This document shows positions 1 through 13,688 of a DNA stretch of 64,000 nucleotides, in pieces. Position numbers and translations under genes: made by a program. Below the pieces are notes generated by a model, which was not told the origin of the DNA, made no database searches, and saw only the letters and a program-made list of their open reading frames with translations. The stretch comes from Octopus sinensis (lineage: Eukaryota), in the NCBI RefSeq assembly GCF_006345805.1, contig NC_043011.1:35600464-35664463 (forward strand). Direction: 5' to 3'. How positions within the stretch are numbered: the stretch's first letter is position 1; the number at the start of each line of letters is the position of its first letter.

Positions 1-462
1 TCGTATATGTATATATATATGTGTGTGTATATATTTGTATGTCACTTGACAACGACTGTTGGTATGTTTACATCCCCATAACTTAGCAGTTCGGCAAAAG
101 AGACTGATAGGGTAAGTACTAGGCTTACAAAGAATAAGTCCTGGGATCGATTTGTTCAACTTAAGGCAGTACTCCAGCATGGCAGCGGTCAAATGACTGA
201 AACAAATAAAATAAAGTATATTCAGGGTTACACTGCGGCACACCTAGCATCATCTCATGGCACACCAGTGTGCCATGGCATACAGGTTGCAGAGCACTGG
301 GCTACAGGAGAGTGATTTCCAGCAAGTAGAAATGATATAATGATGTGAACAAATAAAAAGAAACTAATAAGGACATTTTAAGTATTTACCGAAAAGGCAT
401 TATCAGCTTGGCGTGCCCTTGGATATTGGATAGCCTGCTTTATAAAGAAAAAGCTTCCGATA

Positions 463-690
463 TTAGCCATTCAGCATTGAGATTACTCCCTCAAATTTAA
501 TGCTTATTTAATCACATTGTTTTGAATTAATTATGCATTACCTTACAGCTTTGAAATTTTGATTGTGTTATTATTTATGCTTAGAATGATATTTTAGGGT
601 AGGTGTGAGAGGCCAGATATGGCTGGCTTAGACACAAACCAGGTAGAATAATTTGGTCTGATATGGCTAGTTTAAATAATGAAGGGATAA
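463..690. mobile_element. Degenerate piggyBac-like MITE (partial second copy near 59440-59598)
   Basis: About 230 bp ending aagggataa, resembling a decayed GGG-TTAA end; the internal sequence recurs at 59440-59598. Confidence 0.45.
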
Positions 691-1219
691 AGTAGTACAC
701 CAATTATACCAGGAGGAAATATACAAAAATCTACAAGGCTATAAAATCAAAGATATTAATAAATGAATAAACAAACAAATAAATAAGTAAATAACCTCCA
801 GCCTTATCCCTATAAGTAAGGAAGTTAAAACAGTAATGGCTGCAAAGAGATCCAATAAGGTAAGATATAGAGAAAAGGAACTTGTATGAATGTTCCATAA
901 GATGAGTCACTATGGAGAGTGTAGAGTCTAATAGTCTGGGACTTAATTTTTTTCTGATGCAGTCAAATAGAGAAAGCATAGCACTGTCATTTCAGTTATG
1001 TTTTCTATCTTCTTTCTGTTTCACCTATTTCACCTTCTGCAAACTGTGGCCATACTTGAGACACCAACATTGATCTTTAGTTAGAGTGTAATTTAGTGGT
1101 ATCACACTGGCTGATAACCAGTCACTATTCACAGGTGCAACTTCATTACTACTTAACACAGGGGTCTTTTGTCTGCAGTGTTTCAACCCTGGGCTGCATT
1201 GATCCTTCTTAGCTAATCT

Positions 1220-1800
1220 GGAACTCTTCAGTTTAGGTTACAGATTTTTTAATTATTTTTTTAACTAAACAGTTTGAAACTTCATATACTGGTGTAATTT
1301 CTCACACTGAACACGGTTTACTTTCAACATTTTTGACAAAATTTCGTATTTTAGAAGTTATTTCGCATTAAAGTTGTCATATTTGGGTAATTTTAACCAA
1401 TCAACGATGTGTATTCAACTGAAGAAACCTACTGCTGTTTGTGATAGTAGCAAAAATTTCCAGGTCATTTCTACTAAATGTATTTTTCAACCACGTGTGC
1501 ATTATAATCCAAACATGGTTGAAAAGTACATTTAGTAGATATGACCAGGAAGTTGTTGCTTTTCGATTACCCTCACAAACAGCAGTAGATTTCTTCAGTT
1601 GAATACACGTCATTGGTTGGTTAAAATTACCCAAATACAACAACTTTAAAACAAAACAACTTCTAAAATACGAAATTTTGTCAAAAATGTTGAAAGTAAA
1701 CCATGTTCAGCTTGAGAAATTACACCAGTATACGAAGTTTCAAACTGTTTAGTTAAAAAAAAATGAAATAAAAACTCTGTAAGGCAAACTCAAGAGATCC
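1220..1800. mobile_element. Foldback-type non-autonomous DNA transposon (near-complete ~580-bp palindrome)
   Basis: 1220-1500 is the reverse complement of ~1515-1800 along nearly its whole length; termini ggaactcttcagttt / aaactcaagagatcc; no TSD found. Confidence 0.8.
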
Positions 1801-2435
1801 CTTGTGGGCTTCCCTGCCCACACTATATTAATGCTGAACTTAGTGTGAATGCCTTATTGCTGTAGAAGATCTGCTACCAGGATTTCCATTCTCAAACTGG
1901 CTAACCAGCTTAGCCTCCTAGCAGCTGGATTAAAGAAGATAATTGCCCACAACCCAAACCACGGTATGACTGTTCTCTCTGTTACCCAATCTCTGTCGAA
2001 AAGCAGTGCCTGAAATGTTTGCTTCATTGGAATAACTTTATTATGAAGCAATAGGATAAGAAAAGCCAAATCTAGTAGCTTAATTCTTTATTGAAGTCAA
2101 CACTGCAGATAGAGCTAACAGTAACACTAATCCATATGGGTGTTATCTCATGGGGATTTGGTTGCTACTTCTAGCAGATCAAGCAATCACATTGAGGCTC
2201 TCTGGTTGGGACATTGAAATTGTATTGAAAGGAACTGTGAAATTCATGTGAAAATTCTCTTTATATCATTCCTGCATGAAGAAAACAGATGCGGGAATTT
2301 AATGATAACCTTACTGTCAACAACAAAGATGATATCAACAACAATGACGGTGACTATTAAGATGCTGCTGCTGATGATGATGGTGATGACAATGACGGTG
2401 GTGATGATGACAATGGTCTTGGTGATGAAGCTCAC

Positions 2436-2507
2436 CTTAATCTTGACACTTGAAAGCAAAATATTTCAGGAAGTAAGCTGTGGATATTACTGGTATTCAG
2501 TTTACGT
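2436..2507 (-). CDS. Possible isolated 72-nt internal exon (RKLNTSNIHSLLPEIFCFQVSRL), weakly LRR-like
   Basis: On the minus strand: (TCT)n pyrimidine tract + TAG acceptor, AG|GTGAG donor, 72 nt, only one open frame (phase 2-2). No partner exons identified. Confidence 0.25.
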
Positions 2508-2514
2508 CTATTTA

Positions 2515-2905
2515 AGAAGAAGAAGAGGAAGAAGAAGACGAAGAAGGAGGAGGAGAAGAAGAAGAAGAAGAAGAAGAAGAAGAAGAAGAAGAAGAAGAAG
2601 AAAAGGAAGATGAAGAAGAAGAGAAAGAGGAAGAAGAAGAAGTGGAAGAAGAAGAGAAAGAGGAAGAAGAAGTGGAAGAAGAAGAAGAGAAGAAGAAGAA
2701 GAAGAAGAAGAAGAAGAAAAAGAAGAAGAAGAAGAAGGTGAAGAAGAAGTGGAAGAAGAAAATGTGGTAGAAGAAAAAGTGGAAGAAGAAGAAGAAAAAG
2801 AAGAAAGAAGAAGAAGAAGAAGAAGAAGAAGAAGAAGAAGAAAAAGAAGAAGAAGAAGAGAAGAGAAGAAGAAGAAGAAGAAGAAGAAGAAGAAGAAGAA
2901 GAAGA
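2515..2905. repeat. (GAA)n microsatellite
   Basis: Long imperfect GAA tract; it explains the poly-Arg and poly-Leu/Ser ORFs. Confidence 0.95.
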
Positions 2906-5786
2906 GATAGAGAGAGAGGATCTGGTATAGCTTATAGATTGAACTCAGAATCAGGAGGCTTGTAAAAGAAGAAGAAAAAAAGCCAAAGAACAAATACAAA
3001 AGACAAAGAAGCAGAAAAAAAAAATAGTGCCATAAAAGTGAGCTAGACCACCTCACCAGCCACAGTGATATTATCTAGCACCGTTATCTTGTTCACTAAC
3101 AACAACAACAACAACAGCAACAACAGCATAAATATCAACATTATTGTTTTCTCTTTAATTATACCCTACAACATGAAACGAAAGATTGTGTTCGATTTGG
3201 AGATGGTGGGGGTTATTGAACACTTAAAGTTGCGCGATCAAACAGAGATTTTTACTTGTCTATTATGAGAAGAGACTACCTGCCACCTCGCTCTCTCTCT
3301 TTCTATAACACACATGATTATATTATATATTTTCTTCACCCTACCCCTCTGTCTCTCAATCTTTCACTCACACACACACAGATACACACACAGAGATGCA
3401 TATCCACGTATACATAAATGTACAAAAAGGCAAATATATGCGCACGCAATCACGCAATCCAACCTGTACGCACATCGCTTCATCTTTTAAACATGTTTTA
3501 CTAAATTTGCATGTTTGCAGTTTATTTTTATGGCCAGATAAAACTTGTTTTATTTACATTTGGTTTAATACCTTGTGAAGATGTTCTCATAAAAATATCA
3601 GGTAGGAAAGAGGTAAAAAGAGAGAAATACAGTGCATGCACACATACCTAGGCACTCATACACACAGAGTAATACATCATATGTATAATATATATGCAGT
3701 TATATACATACATGCATACATATATATATGTGTATATATATATATATATACACATATACATACAAATGCACTAACGCACATATATATAATATATATATAC
3801 ATACACATATACATACAAATGCACTAACGCACATATATATATATATAATATATATGCATGTGTATGTGCGTGTGTATGAGTCATACATAATATAGATATT
3901 TGATATATTTACATAAATCTATGTATATTTGCATGTATATATATTTTACCTGTTTTACTGGAATACTCACCCATCTGCATAAGCACATACATACAATCTA
4001 TACGCATATATGCACTAATACATAAGCACGTGTGTATATAGACACACACATATACACAAACACATGTATATACATATATGTATATGTGTGTGTGTGTTTG
4101 TTACACCACACACACACACACAACATTTATTAACATTCCATTACATAACAACTTATATAAACTTCACGTTTTTATATTCATATAGCTATACACATGCACA
4201 GACACACATACAGACATATATGATATGATAACCATAAATACACATATCTACATACGTTTACAGAGACACAGAAAGTTAAGAGCCCACCATGTTATTGGGT
4301 GATGCTCTGTTTACCTTAGGGGAGCCATTTGAATCAACCCACCTTAACCTCTATCAAAACGCAAATTTTAATACTGATGCTTGGAGGTATTTGGTTATTT
4401 TATAGCTTGGAACCAATCTGATTATCTCCGTTTTGGTCTGTACGTGTTGAAGTTTGATTATGCCGTGGCTATCACTCTGTCATGATTGTGAATATATTCC
4501 ATCATCATTAGAACTAGACAACCAACCAGCGATGGAATGGTTTATGCAATGTCTGAATGTCTTAGATAAGCTGTTTTATTTTCCTTTACTACCAGAGAGA
4601 GTTTAGTGAAAGAAAGAATAATGTAGATCAGGATATTTTAAAGGCCTCTGTGACTGACGGAAAGAAAGAAGGAAGTTATCAGACCAGATAACTCATTCAG
4701 CTGCTTGCAACAGAACAGGTTCTATTAAAGACGTGTTATAGACCAGGTGATGGTGTTAGTCCAGGAAATGGATTAAGATTATCGACCTGGAAGTGGAACT
4801 GTCTCACTGGCAGACTTTGATACAATATCCGTTAACCAAATTTCAATCTCCAGAAGCAATGGTACCTCATGGCAGAATATTACCTGAATCCTCACAGTTG
4901 CTAAACGAACTTCCCAATCACTCAGCCATCCATATCATCATCATCATCATCATCATCATTTAGCGAATGTTTTCCATGCTGGTATGGGTTGGCTGGTTTG
5001 AAAGGATCCAGTGAGCTGCAGGGCTGTGCTTAGCTCCAGTGTTAGCTTTGATATAGATTTTATAGTCTGGTGCCCTTCTGAATACATATGACCCTAATTA
5101 ATGAGACTCTTACTTTTAGAACTATTAATCAACATCATCGTTAATGATAAGAAATGTTTACAATACAGGTGCAGGCATGGCTGTGTGGTGGGAGGCTCGC
5201 TTCCTGGCCACATGGCTCCAGGTTCAGACCCACTGTGTAGCACCTCGGGCAAGTGTTTTCTGCTATAGCCTCAGGCTGACCAAGGATTTATGAGAGGATT
5301 TGGTTGACAGAACCTGAAAGAAGCCTGTCGTATGTATATATATATATAATATATTTATATATATATATATATCATCATCATCATCGTTTAACCTCTGTTT
5401 TCCGTGCTAGCACGGATTGGACGGTTCGACCGGGGTCTGGGAATCCAGGAGGCTGCACCAGGCTCCAGTCTGATCTGGCAGTGTTTCTACAACTGGATGC
5501 CCTTCCTAATGCCAACCACTCCGTGAGTGTAGTAGGTGCTTTTTACGTGTCACCGGTACAGGTGCCAGGGGAGGCTGGCAGCGGCCATGATCGAAGCAAC
5601 AAGGATATCCAGTGGTAAAGCAGAGGTAATGCTGCATTACCTCTGGATATCCTTGTTGCTTATTTTGATTTTAATCACCTTATTTTGAAATTGTATGGAT
5701 AATACCATACTAAATTCTGGTGCCTCAACTTAAGTACCATATTCATCTGAATCTATATATATATGTGTGTGTGTGTATGTGTGTGT

Positions 5787-5824
<38 letters not shown>

Positions 5825-6149
5825 TTGTATGTCTGTGTTTGGCCCCCCCTGCCATCACTTGACACCCGATGTTGGTGTGTTTACATTACTGTAACTTAGC
5901 AGTTCTGCGAAAGACACCAATAGAATAAGTACTAGGCTTACAAGAATAAGTCCTGGGGTTGATTTGTTCCACTAATGACAGTGCTCCAGCATGGCCGAAG
6001 TCAAATGACTGAAACAAATGAAAGAAAAGAAAAGAATAGTCACATCACCATTACATTTCCATCAGTTCTATATGATTTTCAGTTGTCCCTTTTGTCACCA
6101 GGAATGTTATTTCTTCATATGTACAGAGTATAATAGTAGACAAGCTTTG

Positions 6150-6482
6150 GTGAGGGCGCGTGGCTTAGTGGTTAGGGCATTCGGCTCATGATCGTAAGGT
6201 TGTGAGTTCGATTCCCGGCGACGCGTTGTGTCCTTGAGCAAGACACTTTATTTCACGTTGCTCCAGTCCACTCAGCTGGCAAAAATGAGTTGTACTTGTA
6301 TTTCAAAGGGTCAGCCTTGTCACTCTCTGTGTCACGCTGATTATCCCCGAGAACTACGTTAAGGGTACACGTGTCTGTGGAATGCTCAGCCATTTGCACG
6401 TTAATTTCACGAGCAAGCTGTTCCGTTGATCGTATCAGCTGGGACCCTCGTCGTCGTAACCGGCGGAGTCTTTTAATTTAAA
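6150..6482 (+). mobile_element. tRNA-derived SINE, family B, with 12-bp TSD
   Basis: A box tggcttagtgg, B box gagttcgattcc, central tgtccttgagcaagacactt; TSD agacaagctttg at 6138-6149 and 6483-6494. Relatives with other tails near 6620-6830, 26420-26815, 32690-33200, 39066-39285, 46690-46980, 52620-52915. Confidence 0.85.
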
Positions 6483-7182
6483 AGACAAGCTTTGAGCTGG
6501 GAACATTTATTTCTAAATCAAGCCCCAAAATGTCTTTACGCAGCCATTTACACATGGTGTACCAAATAAATGGTTTCCATTGACCACATGGTTCATCCAC
6601 ATTACTCCAGAAGGAGCCTAGGGCTGGTTTCCTGGTTTCTCAGGTGGTGTATAGTCTCCCCTGGATGAGATGCTAGTCTATTGAAGGGCTACTCGTTTTG
6701 CCAGCTGAGTAGATTGGAGTAATGTGGAATGAAGTGTTTCGCTCAAGAACACAATGCATCACCCAGTCCAGGGATTGAAACTACAATCTTACAATCATGA
6801 CTCCAACACTCTAACCACTAAGCCATGTGCCATCACTTTATTGCTTTTGTCATCAGGCAAAAACAGGTAATCAAGTCCTCACCAGGAAGTTAACCAACCA
6901 GAATGTTAAATTTTTTCAAAACTAAGATATTTTGATCAAGGCAGAAATATTTGACCAATACAAATGATGTCCCTAAACTTACTATCAATCAGAACTTGAT
7001 CCTTTTCTGTGGTCAACAAGGAATGAAAACATTTGGAAAAACAAACGATGTCACCAGGAAGTCAACCAATCAGAATGCTGGACTTTGCCAAAGCAAAAAA
7101 ATGTTTTAACCAAAACACACATGATAAAAAAAGATGTCATCAAATTTACAACCAATCAAAACCTGATCCTTTACCATCAAAA

Positions 7183-7222
<40 letters not shown>

Positions 7223-7998
7223 GAGCAAACCCCTTCTGTCCAATGGTCGGTGCTGAGTTGTCAAACATTTAAACCAAATTTTCTCAAAACAACTTGTCCG
7301 ACCGTCCCATAGGTCTCCCCTTTGAGAAACACTGATTTAACCTTCATTTGAGACACCAGCAAAAGAAGAAATAAAGATAGACTTTTTTCTATTCCAAAGA
7401 AAAGCGATTTTATTCACACAAATATGCAACAGAAGTGTTTAAAGCACCAGTAATGATAAGGCTGTTGACTGGGAGAACACAAACATGGTTTAAGCAGTAA
7501 GCTTGGAAGGAAAGAATCATGCCTTTAAGCAGTACAAAAACAACAAAAAATGGAAGGTGCAGTTATGTACAGGTTGATGGAAGAAAAGCAGGACAAAAAC
7601 GGCTTTATCGATCGCATTCTCACAAGGAATCGATTTTTGTAATTTTTTCAAGACTTATACACGCCCTGATATCGTCGGTATCTAGATATCAAATTTGAGT
7701 GCAATCGGGTGGAGGATGCCTGAGATCCAAGACACACACAGAGACAGATAGACAGATCAGATTTTATATAAGAGATGTATATAGGTTGTGAGAGGTAATG
7801 GTGTCAGTGAGACCCAAAGGTGTTAGGTAATGCTGAATAAGTGCTATGGATAGACCATAGTTTTTACTATTGGATGTTACTCATAAGGTATTAGAATCTT
7901 ATATCCCTGCATATCTCACATCTATTTTCATTCCTCCACCTCACACTCTAGTTAGCATCTTATCTAAATTAACTATTGCTTAACCATCTTCCCACACC

Positions 7999-8046
7999 GT
8001 CTCCGATGAAGGAATATATCAAATATCCTGGAAACAGCTGTAAGAC
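7999..8046 (+). ncRNA. Minimal type I hammerhead ribozyme motif, CCGAUGA core, PLE-associated
   Basis: gtct-CCGATGA-(agga..ta/tatcct stem II)-g-GAAAC-AGCT-GTA-agac; stem I gtct/agac; palindromic stem III ACAGCTGT. Confidence 0.7.
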
Positions 8047-8109
8047 CTATTTATAAATGTTCCAAAATCTACACTGCCTTGGTTTTTTTTTATCTCATTA
8101 CGAAATTTT

Positions 8110-8148
<39 letters not shown>

Positions 8149-8539
8149 ATTAAAATTAATATAGGGTAGGAAAAATCATAGAAATTTTTTCTGCCAATGG
8201 CCTAGTATGTATACAAAGTCAATAGACATATCACCATACCAATTTCTGAAGTTTAATTGGAATTTTTATTTGCTGGCCATTGAATCTGCGTGTTATTTGG
8301 TCTCTAATTTATATGTTAATGTTTTGGTGTATCCGCTGATGAGAACTTCACCTTGCAAATTATTTTATTTGCTAATTAAAGTTTGAAACCTAAGATCCAG
8401 CTGTAAAACATAGTAAATGATTTTTATTTTTCATTCCTTCGAAATTGCTCATAACTGTGGTTTCGACATTTTGACTGTTCTTTCTAGTATGTTAGACAAC
8501 CTGTTAAGGCTCACTTCTTTTGTGTTTAAATGTACACTA

Positions 8540-8587
<48 letters not shown>

Positions 8588-8657
8588 TATATATAGGGAG
8601 AGTTTACGAAAAAAGCAAACAGATGTATTAGTATAACGCTCAGGAATAGAAAAAGTC

Positions 8658-8691
8658 TTTTACGTTTCGAGCCTACGCTCTTCTACAGAAA
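8658..8691 (-). ncRNA. Degenerate minimal hammerhead motif in a PLE-like 3' end (related copies at 49309-49342 and 42370-42402)
   Basis: Minus strand ttt-CTGTAGA-a-gagc/gtag/gctc-GAAAC-GTA-aaa; the 49309 copy has CTGAAAA; the 42370 copy has canonical CTGATGA-a-gagc/tcc/gctc-GAAAT-GTT. Confidence 0.6.
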
Positions 8692-8724
8692 GGGACACAA
8701 ACAAGGAAAGAAAAAAAAGGAGAG

Positions 8725-8766
<42 letters not shown>

Positions 8767-9145
8767 CTTTATAAACTAAACAATTTTTACTAATAATATT
8801 CCAAGCACTAACTAGTGACAAACACAAAGAAATTCATGTATTACGACTGACATTGGTAAAAGAACCCCTTCCTGAACTATGATAGAAGTTGTAAAAAAAT
8901 ACATTTTTGTCTTTCTCTACATCTGTTTCTCTTTCTCTCCCCACTTTTGTTTAAATATAAAAACTCAATATGTCTGAACTTTGAATCATGTATATTTGTT
9001 ACGATCTTCATCGAACATTTAAACTTACGTATTTTACTGTCTATATCTGTGAAACTTATTGAAATTTCTGTGAACATTTGAATATTTGATAATTTAAACG
9101 TGTTTTTCCGAATATTACGTTCTAACTTTAAACTCTCCTAAATCC

Positions 9146-9176
<31 letters not shown>

Positions 9177-9409
9177 CATTGATAAGCAGAAAATTGTCAA
9201 AACCGGTTTGGTATTTGAATAAATTTATTACAAAAAAAACACATTTTGAAATCCAAGTGCATTTTAAAACTCCAAAACAAATTCCCCTATATTTTTCCCT
9301 GCTTGAGAATACACTGCTCTCCATATATGTATATAGACATATAGTTGAAATGTACAGACATGCGTCTCAAACCATCCAACCCATGCCAGCATTAAAAACG
9401 GGAAATAAC

Positions 9410-9830
9410 TGATAATGCAGCTGATGATGATGACGATGATAATGATGATGACACTGATGACGATGATGATGATGATGATGACAACAATGATGATAATGAA
9501 AATGATGATGACAATGATGACAATGATGATGATTATGATGATGATGACGACGACGATGACAATGAGGATGACACTGATGACGATGAGGATGACAATAATG
9601 ATGATGACAATGACGATGACAATGATGATGATGATGATGAAGAAGACGATGATGATGATAATGACATTGATGATGATGATGAAGATGATGACTATGATGA
9701 CAATGATGACGATGATGACGACGACGATGATGACAATAATGATGATGAACATGACGACGACGATGATGACAATGATGATGATGATGACAATAACGATTAT
9801 GATGATGATGATGATGATGATGATGACGTA
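9410..9830. repeat. Compound (GAT/GAC/AAT)n microsatellite behind an RTE-like 3' end
   Basis: Preceded by ccatccaacccatgccagcat, the RTE-type tail seen elsewhere in the window. Confidence 0.9.
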
Positions 9831-10227
9831 TATGTAAATATATAAAACGTAGCTACAATATAAATGCGAACCATTTTATTAGATACTAAATCCACAACAA
9901 GTAATTTAATAACACACACATACAGAAAAAAAAATTGGTAAAATTGAAAAAAAAGAAAAAGAAAAAGGAAAATAATAAACAAAAACACTCTTTCAATAGC
10001 GGAAGCGGACATAAACAAACTGTAAGACTACGTTTCTGACAGTTTTTCTTTTCCACTACGACAACTTTCAAAAGTGCTGTTACCTTGAATTTTCCGTTAT
10101 TCGGGATGTCGTTATTTCAGAAATTTACAGTAAATAATGCACAAACCAGCCAATAGACCATACCAAAGGAAATACCGAGAAATTAAATAATCTTTAAAAA
10201 ATAGAAACGACAAAACAAAAAAGAAGT

Positions 10228-10254
10228 ATTTTATTATTATTATTATTATTATTA

Positions 10255-10318
<64 letters not shown>

Positions 10319-10352
10319 TATATTATTATTATTATTATTATCATTATTATTT

Positions 10353-10387
<35 letters not shown>

Positions 10388-10431
10388 CATCATCATCATC
10401 ATCATTATTATTATTATTATTATCATTATTA

Positions 10432-10462
<31 letters not shown>

Positions 10463-10473
10463 CATTATTATTT

Positions 10474-10514
<41 letters not shown>

Positions 10515-10640
10515 ATCATCATCATCATCATCATCATTATTATATTATTATCATTATTATCATTATTATATTATTATTATATTATCATTATTATTATTAT
10601 TATCGTTATTATTTTTATTATTATTATTATGATTATTATT
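10228..10640. repeat. (ATT/ATC)n microsatellite
   Basis: Direct inspection. Confidence 0.95.
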
Positions 10641-10641
10641 A

Positions 10642-10682
<41 letters not shown>

Positions 10683-11097
10683 ATGTATAATATAAAACAG
10701 AACTTTATTTGTTGTACGTGTGTATGTTTATGCATGGGTATGTGTGTGTGTTGTTTCCTTCCTTCCTTCCTTCCTTCTTCCTTCCTGCCATCATTTAGTT
10801 TTCAAATTGTGTGCTTGGTTGTAAATATATCTGTACAGCGAATAGAGAAATAACACTTGCAGGAAACAATGAAAGAGAACGAATAAAGATATGAAAAGAA
10901 TAGGAAAAGAAAAAGAAAAAAATACTGTTTAAAAATATCTTGGACAGACAGACAATAACAATAAGAGGAAGAACAAGAAAACCAACAACGAAAACATTAA
11001 CAAAACAATAACAACAACAGCAACAACAACAATAACAGCAGCAGCACACAGAAGGAGAGGGTAAATGCATATAAAGCCACAGACACATAAAGAAATG

Positions 11098-11156
<59 letters not shown>

Positions 11157-11211
11157 ATATATACACACATTCCCATATATGTACATACATTTACATAGAT
11201 ACACATATACC

Positions 11212-11245
<34 letters not shown>

Positions 11246-11299
11246 CACACATTCCCATATATGTACATACATTTACATAGATACACATATACCTATATC

Positions 11300-11346
<47 letters not shown>

Positions 11347-11933
11347 GTGTATGTGTGTGTAAAAAATAAATATATGTATATATATATGTGTATATATATA
11401 TGTATGTCTATATACACAATATAGATGTATATATAGGCATACGCAAGTGTATATATACCCATATGTATATAGCTATATATGTGTTAATATCTCATGTAGA
11501 TGAACTAATTTTACATCACTTAGGTTCATGTGCATCTGTATGTTATATAGCTGGAATGAATTCATTTCATTCCTCCAGCAGAAAACTCTGAAGGTATTAT
11601 TTCACTTTTATTAGAAGAAATTTATAATTTTCTTGTTGAAATATAAAATTAACATCTTTGCTTCTGTCTCTGTTCCTGATTGATTTATTTACAAACCATT
11701 TGTGAACAAAACAAAAGCGACATATTGACTAGTTAGATTAGTACTTGTCTTTTATTCAACAGTGGCTGATGAAATGAATGGCCAATGAAATATTCAAAAT
11801 GTCCCATGAGGTGACATATGTTGAATATTCTATATCTTATTGTAGAATATGAGGACCATTCTTCCCATTTGTTTGCTTCACATAGATTTATACAAACCTT
11901 TCTAATACACAAACGAATATCTCTATATACATG

Positions 11934-12024
<91 letters not shown>

Positions 12025-12753
12025 ATATCTATCTATCTATCTATCTATCTATCATCTACCTACCTACCTACCTACCTACCTACCTACCTACCTATCTATC
12101 TATCATCTATATAAATATATTTATCTCACTATAACTGAGATAAATATATTTGAGAGTTTATTATGTTTTTTAAAGCCAAATTATATCTTCAAAGATAAGT
12201 ACATATTTCTATCTATTTTTTTACCTTAAAAATTAAAAATTAAATATTTAACATAATAAATGTGTTGTAGGAAATAATCTTAATAAGTTTATAATTTAGT
12301 TTATGGAGTTTTCTTTATAAGAAAAATTATTATCTATTTATTTCTTAAATAAATATTGTTTAACTCTATTTGCTTATTTATTTAACTATATCATTAACCT
12401 GAAGATTGACTATAATTTTAAATCGAATTTATTTCAATTGAATTTAAACTTAATTGTAATTCGAATTTAATTGTAGCCATGAAACGTACGTAGAGTTTTT
12501 TACATATATTATATATTTACCATTCATCTTATACTTTTTGGGATCTAGTTATAAGTTATATATTAAAAAAATATATATATATATATATTATATTATATAT
12601 ATATTGGTTATTTATGTATTGGCTTATGTCTATCACTGTTCGAGTCGCATAATAGTGGTTTTATCTCTAATTTATATTTTATATATTTATACTGTGAAAT
12701 TTGATTTAATAGTAAATTGAATTTTTCCTTGTAGGTTTGGAGTTATACACCCA

Positions 12754-12809
<56 letters not shown>

Positions 12810-13232
12810 CTGTGTGTGTCTGTGTGTGTATGTACATATATACATATATATATATATAGTTCAAATTTATAGGAAAAGAAAGACAGAGACAGGTGTAGGA
12901 ACAACAAGCAAGTGTATTAGTTTGATGCTCAGGAAAAATGGAAAAGTCTTTGACAGAAAGGGATACGAGGAAATAAATAGAGAAAGAATAAAAAAAACGT
13001 TTTGAGCTTAGTGGTCCAAAATGGTGAATGAAAAAAGGTGTATATATTTAGGTGGTGGTGAAGGTGGAGGAGGAAGGATTTATAATTAGGCATGCTGGAA
13101 AAAGGAGGAAAATTAGGAAAAGAGAAAAGTATATATATATATGTATAAATTTATATATTTATTTGTCAATGAATATATATATATGTACATTTTCGGTGTG
13201 AATATTATCGAAATGCCCCATCAATGGCCCTG

Positions 13233-13336
13233 AATTGTACCAGAGGACCTATATTATACACGAGATCATCTGTGACAAATGTGGTATATTCTACGTAGGA
13301 AGCGCAACAAGAAAATTGCATATAAGCATAAAGGAA
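13233..13336 (+). pseudogene. PLE GIY-YIG endonuclease fragment
   Basis: Translates EIICDKCGIFYVGSATRKLHISIKE, matching the IY..C..C...YVG.T.R.L..R..EH pattern of PLE endonucleases. Confidence 0.7.
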
Positions 13337-13688
13337 GGTGTCCGGGGGAAGAGGTAGACCCAGGAAGACAGAGGATGAGGTAGTGAAGCATGACCTTCGA
13401 ACGTTGGGCCTCACAGAGACAATGACGAAAGACCGAGATCTCTGGAAATATGCTGTGACTGCAAAGACCCGACAAATAATGTGAGTTCACGGCTGCTTCC
13501 TACACCAGTTTCGCATAGCCCCAGCCCATCCAAGTTGGCGTTAGGTAGGGCATCTAACTGTAGAAACACTGCCAGATCAGACTGGAGCCTGGTGCAGCCT
13601 CTTGGCTTCCCAGACCCCGGTCGAACTGTCCAGCCCGTGCTAGCACGGAAAACGGACGTTAAACGATGATGATGATGATGATGATGAT
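13337..13688 (+). mobile_element. 5'-truncated RTE-clade LINE 3' end with (GAT)n tail
   Basis: GRGRPRKTEDEVVKHDLRTLGLTETMTKDRDLWKYAVTAKTRQ* is a typical RTE C-terminus, then 3' UTR ending gacgttaaac(gat)n. The same tail occurs near 5372-5595, 28088-28650, 37340-37835, 40625-41205, 47385-47500, 48690-49040, 49410-49630, 50880-51480, 61155-61872. Confidence 0.85.

Noticed and set aside
2248-3056. Poly-Arg, poly-Glu and poly-Leu ORFs
   Set aside because: Translation products of (GAA)n and (GAT)n tracts.
9031-9139. Minus-strand open segment ending in a C|GTAAGT donor
   Set aside because: The acceptor lacks a pyrimidine tract and the peptide has no recognisable motif.
9264-10537. Met/Ile/Asp-rich ORFs
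   Set aside because: Trinucleotide microsatellites.
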